64,000 nucleotides of DNA from Candidatus Saccharimonadia bacterium. Its GTDB lineage: Bacteria > Patescibacteriota > Saccharimonadia > UBA4664. The DNA is taken from the NCBI GenBank assembly GCA_035544015.1, contig DATKIP010000076.1, forward strand, positions 299 to 64,298, in the 5' to 3' direction. The notes beneath the pieces are model-generated. The model was given only the letters and a program-made list of their open reading frames with translations. It was not told where the DNA came from and ran no database searches. The number at the start of each line of letters is the position of its first letter. Position 1 is the stretch's first letter. A program made the position numbers and the translations under genes. This document shows, piece by piece, positions 47,134-56,578 of the stretch.

Positions 47134-47840
47134 GACGCCGCTCCCACGAGCCGCAAAAACGCCGCTTCCATGTCGTGCGTGTCGGTTTGGCCCATCAACT
47201 GGGCCGGCGTACCCGTAGCCAGCACAGCACCTTCACGCAGGAGTACGAGGTTATCGCATCGCCTGGCTTCGTCCATGACATGGCTCGATACCAACAGCGT
47301 CACGCCGGCGCGCGCCAGCTCATGAAATTGCTCCCACAGCTCCTGGCGCAGCACGGGGTCGAGTCCCACAGTGGGCTCGTCGAGCACCAACACCTTGGGA
47401 GAGCCCAGCAATGCCACCGCCAGCGACACCCGCGCGCGCTGCCCGCCACTCAATCGCCCCACCAGTTGAGTAGACTGTGCCTCCAGCCGCACCCGGGTCG
47501 TCACCTCGCGCACTCGCGCCCCACCTGCGCCCACCATGGCGCCAAAGTAGCGCAGGTTTTCGTGCACGGTCAGATCCGGATACACCGCCGGCGCTTGCGT
47601 CACGTAGCCCACGAGCGGCCGCAGCTGGGCCGCCCCCGCCGATAGGCCGAGCACTCGCGACGCCCCGCTGCCCGGCCGCTGCAAGCCCACGAGCACGCGC
47701 ATCAGCGTGGTCTTGCCCGCCCCCGATGGCCCCAGCAGACCAGTGACCTTCGCTTCCGGTATCGCCACCGAAACGTCGCGCAATACCACATCGTGTTCCA
47801 ATTTCACCGTCACATGGTCAAATTCAACAGCCGCTTTCAT
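47130..47840 (-). CDS. ABC transporter ATP-binding protein
   Basis: GPSGAGKTT, LSGGQ, LDEPTVGLD, SSH. Confidence 0.95.
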   Translation of the reverse strand: MKAAVEFDHVTVKLEHDVVLRDVSVAIPEAKVTGLLGPSGAGKTTLMRVLVGLQRPGSGASRVLGLSAGAAQLRPLVGYVTQAPAVYPDLTVHENLRYFGAMVGAGGARVREVTTRVRLEAQSTQLVGRLSGGQRARVSLAVALLGSPKVLVLDEPTVGLDPVLRQELWEQFHELARAGVTLLVSSHVMDEARRCDNLVLLREGAVLATGTPAQLMGQTDTHDMEAAFLRLVGAAS

Positions 47841-47903
47841 GTTCCCATAGTACTCCCGCTACGAGGTTCTGCCGAATCTCGGCGACCGGTGTATCATGAG
47901 GCA

Positions 47904-48449
47904 ATGCCGCACATCCACACCCAGCCCGGACATCACGACCTCACCACCTCGGCCTTCATCATCCGCACCGACGGCCCCGAACCTACGGTGGTGTTGCACG
48001 TCCACCGCAAACGGCCCAAATTATTCCAATTTGGTGGCCACGTTGAATTAGACGAAAACCCCTGGCAAGCGCTCGTGCGCGAACTCCAGGAAGAATCCGG
48101 CTACGACATCGCGCAATTGACGGTGCTGCAGCCGCCGGGCTCGTTTCGTGAGCGTTTTTCCGGCACTGCCAACCACCCCCTGCCGTTTTATTTCAACACC
48201 CATCACGCCGAAAACCCCGATCACCTTCACTACCACTCCGACCTCAGCCACGCCATGTTGGCCGCCGGGGAGCCGGCGCATCCCATCGACCCGCGCGAAT
48301 CCCAGGCCATCCACCGCTTCACCGCCGCCGACGTGCGCGCGCTGCCGACCACCGACATTTTCGACCAAACCCGCACCAATGCGCTCTATATTCTCGAGCA
48401 TCTCATGCACCACTGGGAAGCGGTGCCTGCCAGTCGGTGGCCCGTCTGA
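47904..48449 (+). CDS. NUDIX hydrolase
   Basis: GGHVELDENPWQALVRELQEESG. Confidence 0.88.
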   Translation: MPHIHTQPGHHDLTTSAFIIRTDGPEPTVVLHVHRKRPKLFQFGGHVELDENPWQALVRELQEESGYDIAQLTVLQPPGSFRERFSGTANHPLPFYFNTHHAENPDHLHYHSDLSHAMLAAGEPAHPIDPRESQAIHRFTAADVRALPTTDIFDQTRTNALYILEHLMHHWEAVPASRWPV

Positions 48450-48461
48450 TACAGTAGAATC

Positions 48462-49805
48462 ATGAAGATTGTTTGGCGCTGGATCGCCTATAGCCTGCTG
48501 GCCGCTCATTTTGCCGTGGTCCTCACCATTTGGCTCACCACCTCGCTCGAGCTGTTTCGCGCCGGCGCCGGCAGCACGCTGCTTTCCCTGGCACAGCTCG
48601 CCGGCCTGCTCGCGGCCGCCTGCGCGCTGCTGCAATTCATGCTCATGGGCCGCTCGCCGTGGATCGAGCGAGCCTTTGGCCTCGAACGCATCGCCAAGCT
48701 CCATCGCCTCAACGGCTATGCCACCATCAGCCTCATCCTCACCCACACCACGCTCGTCACGCTCGGCTACGCAGCGCTCACCGGCAGCGGCCTCATTCCC
48801 CAATTCACCACCTTCCTTACCAAATTCAACGACGTTATCTACGCCTTTATCGCCGAGCTACTATTCCTCACCATAGTTGGCAGTTCCATCTACATCGTCC
48901 GGCGCCGGCTGCCCTACGAGCGCTGGTATTGGGTGCATCTCATGGTGTATCTGGCCATCGTTCTGGCGTTTTTCCACCAAACCAAAGTGGGCGGCAGCTT
49001 CCTCAGCCAGCCGGCCTACATCGTCTACTGGTACGCGCTCTACGGCTTCGTGGCGCTCAACGTGTTCACCGGCCGGTTGTTCCTGCCCGCCTACAACTAC
49101 TGGCGTTTTCGCTTTGCCATCGATGAAATCGTGCCTGAAACCGCCGATACAGTTTCAATTTACATCCACGGCCGTGGCCTCGAACGATTTCGGGCTCGGC
49201 CGGGGCAGTTTGTCATAATTTGGCTACCCCAAGCCAAATTATGGCTAGAAGAACATCCTTTTTCGCTCTCCGGTCTGCCGCATGACGGCCGCCTGCGTCT
49301 CACCGTCAAAGCCGTCGGTGATTACACCTCTCGGCTGCCAAAATTGCTCAAATCCGGCGCACCGGTCGTAATTGCCGGTCCGTACGGCCAATTTACCCCC
49401 GCGCCCACTGCCCGCCCCCGCCGGCTCTATCTCGCTGGAGGTGTCGGCATCACGCCGCTGCGTACCCTGCTCGAGGCGCAGACGCCGGAGCAGGAGAGCG
49501 TGCTCATCTACGGCAACAAAACTCCGGCCGACACCATATTTGCAGATGAGCTCGCTCAGCTAGCCACCCGTATAAAGCTTCGAATTCACCACGTATACTC
49601 CGAAGCTCCCACCTACGCCGGCGAAACCGGCCGCATCGACACCGCCCGCATCGAGCGGCTGGTGCCCGATTTCCGCGACCGCGAGGTCTACCTGTGCGGC
49701 CCGCCGCCCATGATGGCCGGTCTCGCCAAAGGCCTCATCGCCGCCGGCCTAGCGCCCGCTCGTCTCCACTACGAACGTTTTGCGCTCCACCCCGTTTCGA
49801 GTTGA
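48462..49805 (+). CDS. ferric-reductase-like TM domain + FAD/NAD-binding oxidoreductase
   Basis: TM His residues, HPFSLS, GPYG, AGGVGITP, YLCGP..M, ERF. Confidence 0.92.
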   Translation: MKIVWRWIAYSLLAAHFAVVLTIWLTTSLELFRAGAGSTLLSLAQLAGLLAAACALLQFMLMGRSPWIERAFGLERIAKLHRLNGYATISLILTHTTLVTLGYAALTGSGLIPQFTTFLTKFNDVIYAFIAELLFLTIVGSSIYIVRRRLPYERWYWVHLMVYLAIVLAFFHQTKVGGSFLSQPAYIVYWYALYGFVALNVFTGRLFLPAYNYWRFRFAIDEIVPETADTVSIYIHGRGLERFRARPGQFVIIWLPQAKLWLEEHPFSLSGLPHDGRLRLTVKAVGDYTSRLPKLLKSGAPVVIAGPYGQFTPAPTARPRRLYLAGGVGITPLRTLLEAQTPEQESVLIYGNKTPADTIFADELAQLATRIKLRIHHVYSEAPTYAGETGRIDTARIERLVPDFRDREVYLCGPPPMMAGLAKGLIAAGLAPARLHYERFALHPVSS

Positions 49806-50338
49806 GCCGCTCGTAGTCGCGCGATCATCAGAGCCGTCCCCATGTATGCTGGTACCAGCACGAGGTTGCCCACGAGCATGGTGCGGTAAAATGGCAAACC
49901 GGCCACGTAGCACTCCGTGAGCCCCGCCCACGTCTTAGCGTAAAGCGTCCCGTCACCCAGCAGCCACACTCCAAAGTTGGTCCAAACGAAGAAAAACACC
50001 GATCCACCGACCGCCATGCCGACCGACGCCGCCAGCAGCCGCGCCGGTCGGCCCGTGAACCGTCGCAGTACGAGCCCGGCCAGCCCGATCAGCGCAAACG
50101 CCGACCACGTAAACAGCAAAATATTCGAATTACCAATCAAAATATCGCTGACCGCCATGATCGCCAGCGGCACCACGACCGCCGTTCGGCGCCCCAAAAA
50201 CGCCGCTGCCACCAGCGCCGAAGCCGTCACAATCTCCAAATTCGGCGCGATCGAATACTGCCAATTCACCAGCCGCCACACCACTGCCGTCGCAATAAGC
50301 CCCGCCGCCACCAACCAAGTTGCCGAAAATCTCTTCAT
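49769..50338 (-). CDS. putative cobalamin-binding S-component-like membrane protein (DUF6580-like)
   Basis: PN.E..TA.AL, PL..M..SD, FFVWTNFGVW, CY.AGLPF; in operon with cobO. Confidence 0.7.
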   Translation of the reverse strand: MKRFSATWLVAAGLIATAVVWRLVNWQYSIAPNLEIVTASALVAAAFLGRRTAVVVPLAIMAVSDILIGNSNILLFTWSAFALIGLAGLVLRRFTGRPARLLAASVGMAVGGSVFFFVWTNFGVWLLGDGTLYAKTWAGLTECYVAGLPFYRTMLVGNLVLVPAYMGTALMIARLRAAQLETGWSAKRS

Positions 50339-50365
50339 AGCCACCCCTTTACAAGTTTCCCCATT

Positions 50366-50920
50366 TTAGTAATCTATCGACTTTTTAGCAATGATTCCCG
50401 AATCATAGGGGTGTTTAATCTTAACCATTTCCGTAATGAGGTCCGCCCGCTCGAGCAATTCCGGCAGCTCTTTGCCGCGGTGGCCGGTGAGCACCAGATC
50501 CAGATCGCGCGGTTTGCTATCTACCAGCTCCAGCACCGGCGCGAGCTCAAGCAGCCCGCCGACCACCGAGCCGATGATTTCATCGAGCACCACCACGTCG
50601 TACTCGCCGGAGGCCACTTTGACGCTCGCCAGAGCCAGCGCCTCCTGGGCCGCCTCCACATGCTCATCCGGCGGCAGATTATCGCCCAGAATCTGATAAA
50701 ACCCCTTGCCCGCCTGCAAAAACTCCACATTCGGCAGCGCGTCAAACCCACCCTTTTCGCCCGTAAACCACGTCTTCACAAACTGGATCACGAGCACCCG
50801 CTTGCCATACCCCGCCGCCCGCAGCGCCAGCCCCATCGCGGCCGTCGTCTTGCCCTTGCCGTCGCCGGTGTACACAATCACCAAGCCGTGATCCGCTTCG
50901 CGCAGTTCTTGGTTTTCCAT
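50366..50920 (-). CDS. cobO: cob(I)alamin adenosyltransferase (CobO/BtuR type)
   Basis: VYTGDGKGKTTAAMG, QFVK, VVLDE, LTG, KHPY. Confidence 0.93.
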   Translation of the reverse strand: MENQELREADHGLVIVYTGDGKGKTTAAMGLALRAAGYGKRVLVIQFVKTWFTGEKGGFDALPNVEFLQAGKGFYQILGDNLPPDEHVEAAQEALALASVKVASGEYDVVVLDEIIGSVVGGLLELAPVLELVDSKPRDLDLVLTGHRGKELPELLERADLITEMVKIKHPYDSGIIAKKSIDY

Positions 50921-50932
50921 CACGCTCCTTAA

Positions 50933-50961
50933 TTGATTATTAATCTAAAATATGATATAAA
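50933..50961 (+). promoter_or_regulatory. promoter of orphan gene at 51012
   Basis: TTGATT-17-TATAAA with extended TGn. Confidence 0.65.
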
Positions 50962-51011
50962 AACCTCGTTTGTAACCACCTCGCCCAACCATCGAGCGAA
51001 AGCGGGTTGAT

Positions 51012-51362
51012 GTGCCTTCAAACAGTGCCCCTCGTTATGTCACCAGCCGGCAAATGAACCGCATCAAGCGCAATGAGAGGTTAGCGGTAGCGGCCCTGCT
51101 GGCGTGTCTAGCAGGAGTAGGAGCCTTAGCGATCGTGGGCAGCCGTACCTCAATCGTCCAAGAGGGCTCGATCGATGGCTGGTGGAGCACGCCGGATCAA
51201 GGCACGTGCAGATTCCACCTGGTTCCTGACGTTGGCCCTGGGGCGAAGCACTGGTCCGACGCCCAACGTGGGGACATCTGCCAAGGTGGCCAGCCGCACT
51301 CCTACATTATTCGCAAGGATGCCAACGGCGTCCTCAAGCTCGAAGTAGCCGACCGCCGCTAG
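51012..51362 (+). CDS. small membrane-anchored hypothetical protein
   Basis: One TM and two Cys; own promoter; inserted opposite to the nrdJ-cobO operon. Confidence 0.6.
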   Translation: MPSNSAPRYVTSRQMNRIKRNERLAVAALLACLAGVGALAIVGSRTSIVQEGSIDGWWSTPDQGTCRFHLVPDVGPGAKHWSDAQRGDICQGGQPHSYIIRKDANGVLKLEVADRR

Positions 51363-51377
51363 CCGGCCCCAAAGACG

Positions 51378-51590
51378 GAGCCTGGTTGCACCGGACAGTC
51401 AGGCTCAGCGCGATCTAGATCACTAGGTCGCGTTTAGCTTTTTAGAGAGTGAAAGAGCAGCTAGCGCGTAGAGCGGAGGGAAAACTCTCCGACAGGCGAG
51501 TGTCGGTTCTGATATCGGATCTCGCGAAGAGACGGATAGCGTTCGTTCGCCCGAGGGGAGTTTCCCCGCAGCTAAAAACTCAGCGGAAGG
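51378..51590. other. highly structured non-coding element (ncRNA or palindromic repeat)
   Basis: Multiple nested inverted repeats, detailed in findings. Confidence 0.5.
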
Positions 51591-51593
51591 ATC

Positions 51594-54275
51594 TTAGCAC
51601 TTACTAAACCCGCAAATCTCACACTTCTGGCAGCCCTCAATGAACCGCAGGCTCGCATTGCCGCACTCCGGGCACAGATCGGTCTGGGCCTTGGCGCCCA
51701 GGTTGACGCTCGCCGCCACGGCCGTGCTGGCCGGCGCCGCTACCGCAGCCGGTCCCATCGGCGCGTCGGCTACGTTGGCGCTGCTAGCCGCCGTGCTGTC
51801 GGCTACTCCCGCTCCTGCGACCACCGCGGCCTGCTCGCCGGCCTTCGTTGACTCGTGCTCGCGCAGCACCTTGGCCACCGCGTCAGCCAGCGAGCGCACC
51901 CGCTGCGGGCCAAATCCGGCCGCCCCCGAGCCGCCGATACCGTTGAGCTGCTCCACCACATTTTGCGCAATGCGATCACTCGAGTACACGCTGGGGATTC
52001 TGAAGGCCAGCGAAATGAGGCGGCCCATCGCCTCGGCGTCGGCCATGATGTCTGATCCCGCCCGGCCCAAGTTCACGAATACCTCGAAAATGTTGCCTTC
52101 ATCGTCCTCGTTGATCGAGATGAAAGCCGTACCGATCGGCGTGGCCACTTTGTAGGTGTGCCCCGCCAATACTCCTGGCCGCGGTTTCATTTCTACCGGC
52201 ACGCCCACCAGTGCCGCTTCGCCGGCCGCCAGCTTCTTGCCGGCCAGCTGGTCGTAGTACGAACCATCCTTCTTCACCTCCAAGATTTGCTTTTGGCGGC
52301 TCCCGTCGCGGTAAATCGTGATGCCCTTGCAGCCCGACTCGTACGCCATCCAGTAAGCATCGCGCACGTCTTGCACCGTGGCTTCGTTGTTGAAGTTAAT
52401 CGTCTTGGAAATGGCGTTGTCGGTGTATTTCTGGAAGGCCGCTTGAGCCTTCAGGTGCCACTCCGGCGTAATGTCGCCGGCCACCACGAAGGTGCGCCGC
52501 AGGTCTTCCGGCAGCTCGTCCATATTCTGGATCGATCCGCCGTTGGCCTGAATCTTCTCGAGCAACTCCTCCGAATACAACCCGCGCTCTTCCAGTGCGC
52601 GCACAAAATACGGGCTGCTCTGGAACATGCGCTTGCCCTCAATGGTGTTCTTGGAGTAGGTGAGCGCAAACAACGGCTCACACCCGCTCGAGCAGTCGGC
52701 CAGCATGGCTGTGGTGCCCGTGGGCGCGATGGTGGTGCGGGCGCCGTTGCGGGGGCGAATCTCGCCAGCCTTGTCGTAGATGGAGCCCTTAAAGGCCGGG
52801 AATACGCCGCGCACCCGCGCCAGGTCGATTGAAGCATTGTCAGATTCAGCCTGCACAAATTTCATCACGCGCTCGGCGGCTGCGTTGCCTTCGGGCGTGT
52901 TGTAGCCAATGTTCATCTGGAGCAGCGCGTCGGCGTAACCCATGATGCCCAGGCCAATCCGGCGGATGGCGCGCGTGGTGATGCGCACCGCCTCGATCGG
53001 GTACTCATTCATGTCGAGCACGTCATCGAGGAAGCGCGTGCCATTGTGCACCACGGCCCGCAGGCGCTCCCAGTCAAAATCATCGCCGGCCTCGTTCACG
53101 AATTTTGCCAGGTTGATTTGGCCCAGGGTGCAGGCGTCGTAGGGGAGCAGGGGCTGCTCGCCACACGGATTGGTGGCCTCAATCATCCCCAGCTGCGGCG
53201 TCGGGTTGGCACGCGAATTGTTGATGCGGTCGATCATGATCATCCCCGGGTCGCCGTACTGGTAAGCCAGGCGGGTGATGAGGTCGTACATTTTCTTGGC
53301 GTTGAGGCGGCCGGTTTCTTGCTTGGTGTGAGGATTTACCAGCGCGTAACCACGGTTCGGATCGCTCTCGTCGGCCCATTCGTGCAGTTTTTTCACCACC
53401 GCGTCTAGCCGCACCAGCTTCAGATCGAGGTCGCGGGTTTGGTGAGCTTCGCGCACCTCCTCCATGAGGCCCTCAAAGTCCAAAGCGTCTTCGTAATCGG
53501 CCGGCAGATGCTCTCCGTCACGCTTCACCGCCTCGTAAAACGCCTCGTCTACCGTCACCGAAATATTAAAGTTGGTCAGCGAAAACTCGTCCACTTTGTA
53601 GATCGCAAACAGCAAAATGTCCGGGTGATTGTAGTGCAAAATGCCCATGTTGGCCCCGCGCCGCACGCCGCCCTGGCGAATGCTAGAGGTCACGTCGTTG
53701 TAGGTCTGCATAAACGCCACCGGCCCAGTCGTGGTGCCGCCAGAGCTTTGGATGACGTCGCCCTTGGGGCGCAGCCGCGAAAAACTAAACCCAGTGCCGC
53801 CGCCGCTCTTGTGAATGCGCGCCATATCGGTGGCCGTATCCAGGATGCCGTTCAGGTCGTCGGGTACCGGCAGCACGAAGCAGGCCGAGAGCTGCTCATT
53901 GGGCTTGCCGGCGTTGAGCATCGTGGGCGTATTGGCTACGTACTCCTGGCGCGCCATCATGCCATAAAACACGCGGGCCACCTCGAGGTGCTGCTGGCGG
54001 GGATTCTCGCTGTAGAGTCGCTCGGCCGTGGCGATGTTGTAGCAAATCCGCCACAGCATTTGCCGCGGGCTCTCGATCGGCGTGCCGTCTTTATCGCGAA
54101 ACGCGTAGCGCGTGCGGCCAATGTACCAGGCGTTGTCCGAGTAATTTGGATCGGGCAGGTCCTCGGGCACCGGCGGTATTTCTTTGCCGATGGCGTACAG
54201 CTCTTCGAGGCGCTCTCGGTCTTCCGGCGTCTCGGCCTCGATGTTACTTGCTTTAATGGCTTGCGGCGTGCTCAT
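51594..54275 (-). CDS. nrdJ: adenosylcobalamin-dependent (class II) ribonucleotide reductase with C-terminal TSCPD/zinc ribbon
   Basis: NTPTM.NAG, LSACFV, GGGTG, TNPCGEQPL, TIAPTGT, SKTIN, C-terminal CPEC...C..CG.SKC. Confidence 0.96.
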   Translation of the reverse strand: MSTPQAIKASNIEAETPEDRERLEELYAIGKEIPPVPEDLPDPNYSDNAWYIGRTRYAFRDKDGTPIESPRQMLWRICYNIATAERLYSENPRQQHLEVARVFYGMMARQEYVANTPTMLNAGKPNEQLSACFVLPVPDDLNGILDTATDMARIHKSGGGTGFSFSRLRPKGDVIQSSGGTTTGPVAFMQTYNDVTSSIRQGGVRRGANMGILHYNHPDILLFAIYKVDEFSLTNFNISVTVDEAFYEAVKRDGEHLPADYEDALDFEGLMEEVREAHQTRDLDLKLVRLDAVVKKLHEWADESDPNRGYALVNPHTKQETGRLNAKKMYDLITRLAYQYGDPGMIMIDRINNSRANPTPQLGMIEATNPCGEQPLLPYDACTLGQINLAKFVNEAGDDFDWERLRAVVHNGTRFLDDVLDMNEYPIEAVRITTRAIRRIGLGIMGYADALLQMNIGYNTPEGNAAAERVMKFVQAESDNASIDLARVRGVFPAFKGSIYDKAGEIRPRNGARTTIAPTGTTAMLADCSSGCEPLFALTYSKNTIEGKRMFQSSPYFVRALEERGLYSEELLEKIQANGGSIQNMDELPEDLRRTFVVAGDITPEWHLKAQAAFQKYTDNAISKTINFNNEATVQDVRDAYWMAYESGCKGITIYRDGSRQKQILEVKKDGSYYDQLAGKKLAAGEAALVGVPVEMKPRPGVLAGHTYKVATPIGTAFISINEDDEGNIFEVFVNLGRAGSDIMADAEAMGRLISLAFRIPSVYSSDRIAQNVVEQLNGIGGSGAAGFGPQRVRSLADAVAKVLREHESTKAGEQAAVVAGAGVADSTAASSANVADAPMGPAAVAAPASTAVAASVNLGAKAQTDLCPECGNASLRFIEGCQKCEICGFSKC

Positions 54276-54326
54276 CGCATGTCCCCTAAAATCTTATTTG
54301 TTGTATTGATCGAACGCGTACCGCTC

Positions 54327-54785
54327 CTACTTTTTCCCATCATGGAGCAATTCTTTCACCTCGCTCTGGAATGAGCGCACGTCGGTGAAGTCGCGGTAGA
54401 CGCTGGCAAATCGGATGTACGCCACGTGGTCGAGCTGCTTAAGCCGTGGCATCACGAGCTCGCCGATGTCGTGGGCCTTTACTTCGCGCGTCTTGGCACT
54501 GCGAAGCTCGGCCTCCACTTCCTGCACAATCTGATCGACTTGCGCGCTCGTGACCGGCCGCTTGGCCGCCGCCAAGGTGATGCCGGTGCGGAGCTTGTCG
54601 GGATTGAACGATTCGCGCCGTCCGTCGTGCTTGGCCACCATGAGGTCCATCTGCTCCACCCGCTCATAGGTCGTGAAGCGCTGATGGCAGCCCAAGCACT
54701 CCCGGCGCCGCCGGGTGCTCACGGCGTCGGCTTCGCGCTTGTCGACCACTTTGGTGTCACAGCTGGCGCACATTGGGCAAACCAT
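54327..54785 (-). CDS. nrdR: transcriptional repressor NrdR
   Basis: CPMC, RRRRECxxC.RFTTYE, ATP cone, AYIRFASVY. Confidence 0.97.
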   Translation of the reverse strand: MVCPMCASCDTKVVDKREADAVSTRRRRECLGCHQRFTTYERVEQMDLMVAKHDGRRESFNPDKLRTGITLAAAKRPVTSAQVDQIVQEVEAELRSAKTREVKAHDIGELVMPRLKQLDHVAYIRFASVYRDFTDVRSFQSEVKELLHDGKK

Positions 54786-54875
54786 CGACACTCCCTTCCT
54801 GTCGGAATCACGCTCGCCATCGTCCCATGGCTTGCATCCTTCCGCCTACCTGCACATAATGATGTAGTTGCTGCA

Positions 54876-54923
54876 CCACAACGAGTTGTGTTACGTTAGC
54901 ATTATGGACGCTGTATGTTGTGT
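54876..54923. promoter_or_regulatory. tandem NrdR boxes overlapping the nrdR promoter
   Basis: CCACAACGAGTTGTGT (54876) and ACGCTGTATGTTGTGT (54908), 32 bp apart; TTGACG-18-CATAAT on the minus strand. Confidence 0.75.
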
Positions 54924-54977
54924 TCGTCAACAGAAAAGCGCAAGAACAATAAACGAAACCATCAAAGGAGCTCACCC

Positions 54978-55298
54978 ATGATTAAGACCGTTTCCGAATC
55001 CAACTTCCAAGCCGAAGTTGTCAAAAATGAGCGTCCGGTGCTGGTGGATTTGTGGGCGCCGTGGTGCGGTCCTTGCATTGCCATGGAGCCTGCCATCAAA
55101 GAGCTCGCCGCGGAGTTTGAAGGCAAAGTGGACGTCGCCAAACTCAACGTCGACGACAACCCCGCCATCGCCCAATCGCTCGACGTCATGAGTATCCCTA
55201 CGCTTATGCTCTTCAAGGGTGGCAAGCCCGTAGAGCGCATCGTCGGCCTCACTGCCAAAGACAAGCTCGCGGGGGTAATGTCGGCGGCCATCGCGTGA
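54978..55298 (+). CDS. trxA: thioredoxin
   Basis: WAPWCGPC, SIPTL. Confidence 0.96.
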   Translation: MIKTVSESNFQAEVVKNERPVLVDLWAPWCGPCIAMEPAIKELAAEFEGKVDVAKLNVDDNPAIAQSLDVMSIPTLMLFKGGKPVERIVGLTAKDKLAGVMSAAIA

Positions 55299-56299
55299 GT
55301 CACCGTCGTCTCATCATCATCGGCTCCGGTCCCGCCGGCCTCACTGCTGCCCTGTACGCTGCCCGCGGCAACCTCGAGCCCCTCGTGTTCGAGGGCGACA
55401 CGTCGGTGGCCAACGACTTGCCGGGCGGCCAGCTCATGTTTACCACCGAAATCGAAAACTTTCCCGGCGTACTCGGCCTGCAAGGCCCTGAGCTCATGGC
55501 CAAAATGCGCGAGCAAGCCATCAGTTTCGGCGCCGAAATCACCACCCTGCGCGTCACCAAAGTCGACTTCAGCCGCCGGCCGTTTCGAATGTGGGTGGGG
55601 GAGCGCGAATACACCGCCGACGCCGTCATAGCTTCCACCGGCGCCAAGCCGGTCATGCCGGGCCTGCCCCATGAATGGGAGCTCATGGGCCGCGGCGTCT
55701 CCGCCTGCGCTACCTGCGACGGCTTCTTTTTCCGCGGCAAAGACATCGCCGTGGTGGGTGGGGGAGACAGCGCCATGGAAGAAGCCATCTTCCTCACCAA
55801 TTTCGCGAGTTCCGTCACGGTCATTCACCGCCGCGACAAGCTGCGCGCCAGCCAGGTCATGCAAGACCGCGCCCGGGCCAATCCCAAGATCAAATTTTTG
55901 TGGAATACCCAAATCACCGAGCTCGAAGGCACCGAGCGGCTCATGGGCCTGGGCTTGCGCGACACTGTCACGGGCGACACTTCGCGCCGCGACATCGCCG
56001 GCCTGTTTATCGCCATCGGCCACCAGCCCAACTCCGAACTGTTCGCCGGCCAGCTCGACCTGCGCCCCGACGGCTATGTAGTCACCAGCGGCGTAGCCAC
56101 CAGCGTGCCGGGCGTGTTTGCCGCCGGCGACCTCCAGGACTCTCGTTACCGCCAGGCCGTTACTTCGGCTGGCACCGGCTGCATGGCTGCGCTTGATGCG
56201 CAGAAATTTCTCGAAGAGCATCCCGGCGAGAACGCCGTACCAGCCAAGCCTGCCGCCAAAGCTCTCGCCTCCGATTCCCCCAAAGCACCTACCCGCTAG
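55295..56299 (+). CDS. trxB: thioredoxin-disulfide reductase
   Basis: GSGPAG, GGQL, CATCD, VGGGDSA.EEA, HRRD, AAGD. Confidence 0.97.
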   Translation: MSHRRLIIIGSGPAGLTAALYAARGNLEPLVFEGDTSVANDLPGGQLMFTTEIENFPGVLGLQGPELMAKMREQAISFGAEITTLRVTKVDFSRRPFRMWVGEREYTADAVIASTGAKPVMPGLPHEWELMGRGVSACATCDGFFFRGKDIAVVGGGDSAMEEAIFLTNFASSVTVIHRRDKLRASQVMQDRARANPKIKFLWNTQITELEGTERLMGLGLRDTVTGDTSRRDIAGLFIAIGHQPNSELFAGQLDLRPDGYVVTSGVATSVPGVFAAGDLQDSRYRQAVTSAGTGCMAALDAQKFLEEHPGENAVPAKPAAKALASDSPKAPTR

Positions 56300-56549
56300 A
56301 TCAGCCCGCTCTTTCCGCGAAGGCATCGGCCAAGCCCCTAGCTAACCGTTATTTCTCGACCAATTTCGGCCTTGCTATGGCCGGCTCACCACGGCACCAG
56401 GCTTCTCCGATTATCCCGGGTAGATGCGCGTAGGAAATCGTGAATTCCTGTTTATTGGGAGGTCTCTCAACTACCGGTTTACTTGGGCGCAGTGTCCGTT
56501 TTTATTCCGATGATTGTTGCGTCTCGGTGTGCAATGCAAGAGCGAAACC

Positions 56550-56578
56550 TTGACAAAACATAAGAATTATAGTATACT
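56550..56578 (+). promoter_or_regulatory. consensus sigma70 promoter of the small TM gene
   Basis: TTGACA-17-TATACT. Confidence 0.75.

Noticed and set aside
51362-51593. Cobalamin riboswitch upstream of cobO
   Set aside because: The conserved B12-box and core motifs are not found on the minus strand; kept only as an unknown structured element.
51594-54275. Intein or group I intron in nrdJ
   Set aside because: The reading frame is continuous, with no intein N-/C-terminal splice motifs or homing endonuclease signature.
56300-56545. Intergenic stretch after trxB as a possible RNA or gene
   Set aside because: No convincing ORF, promoter-terminator pair or extended stems.
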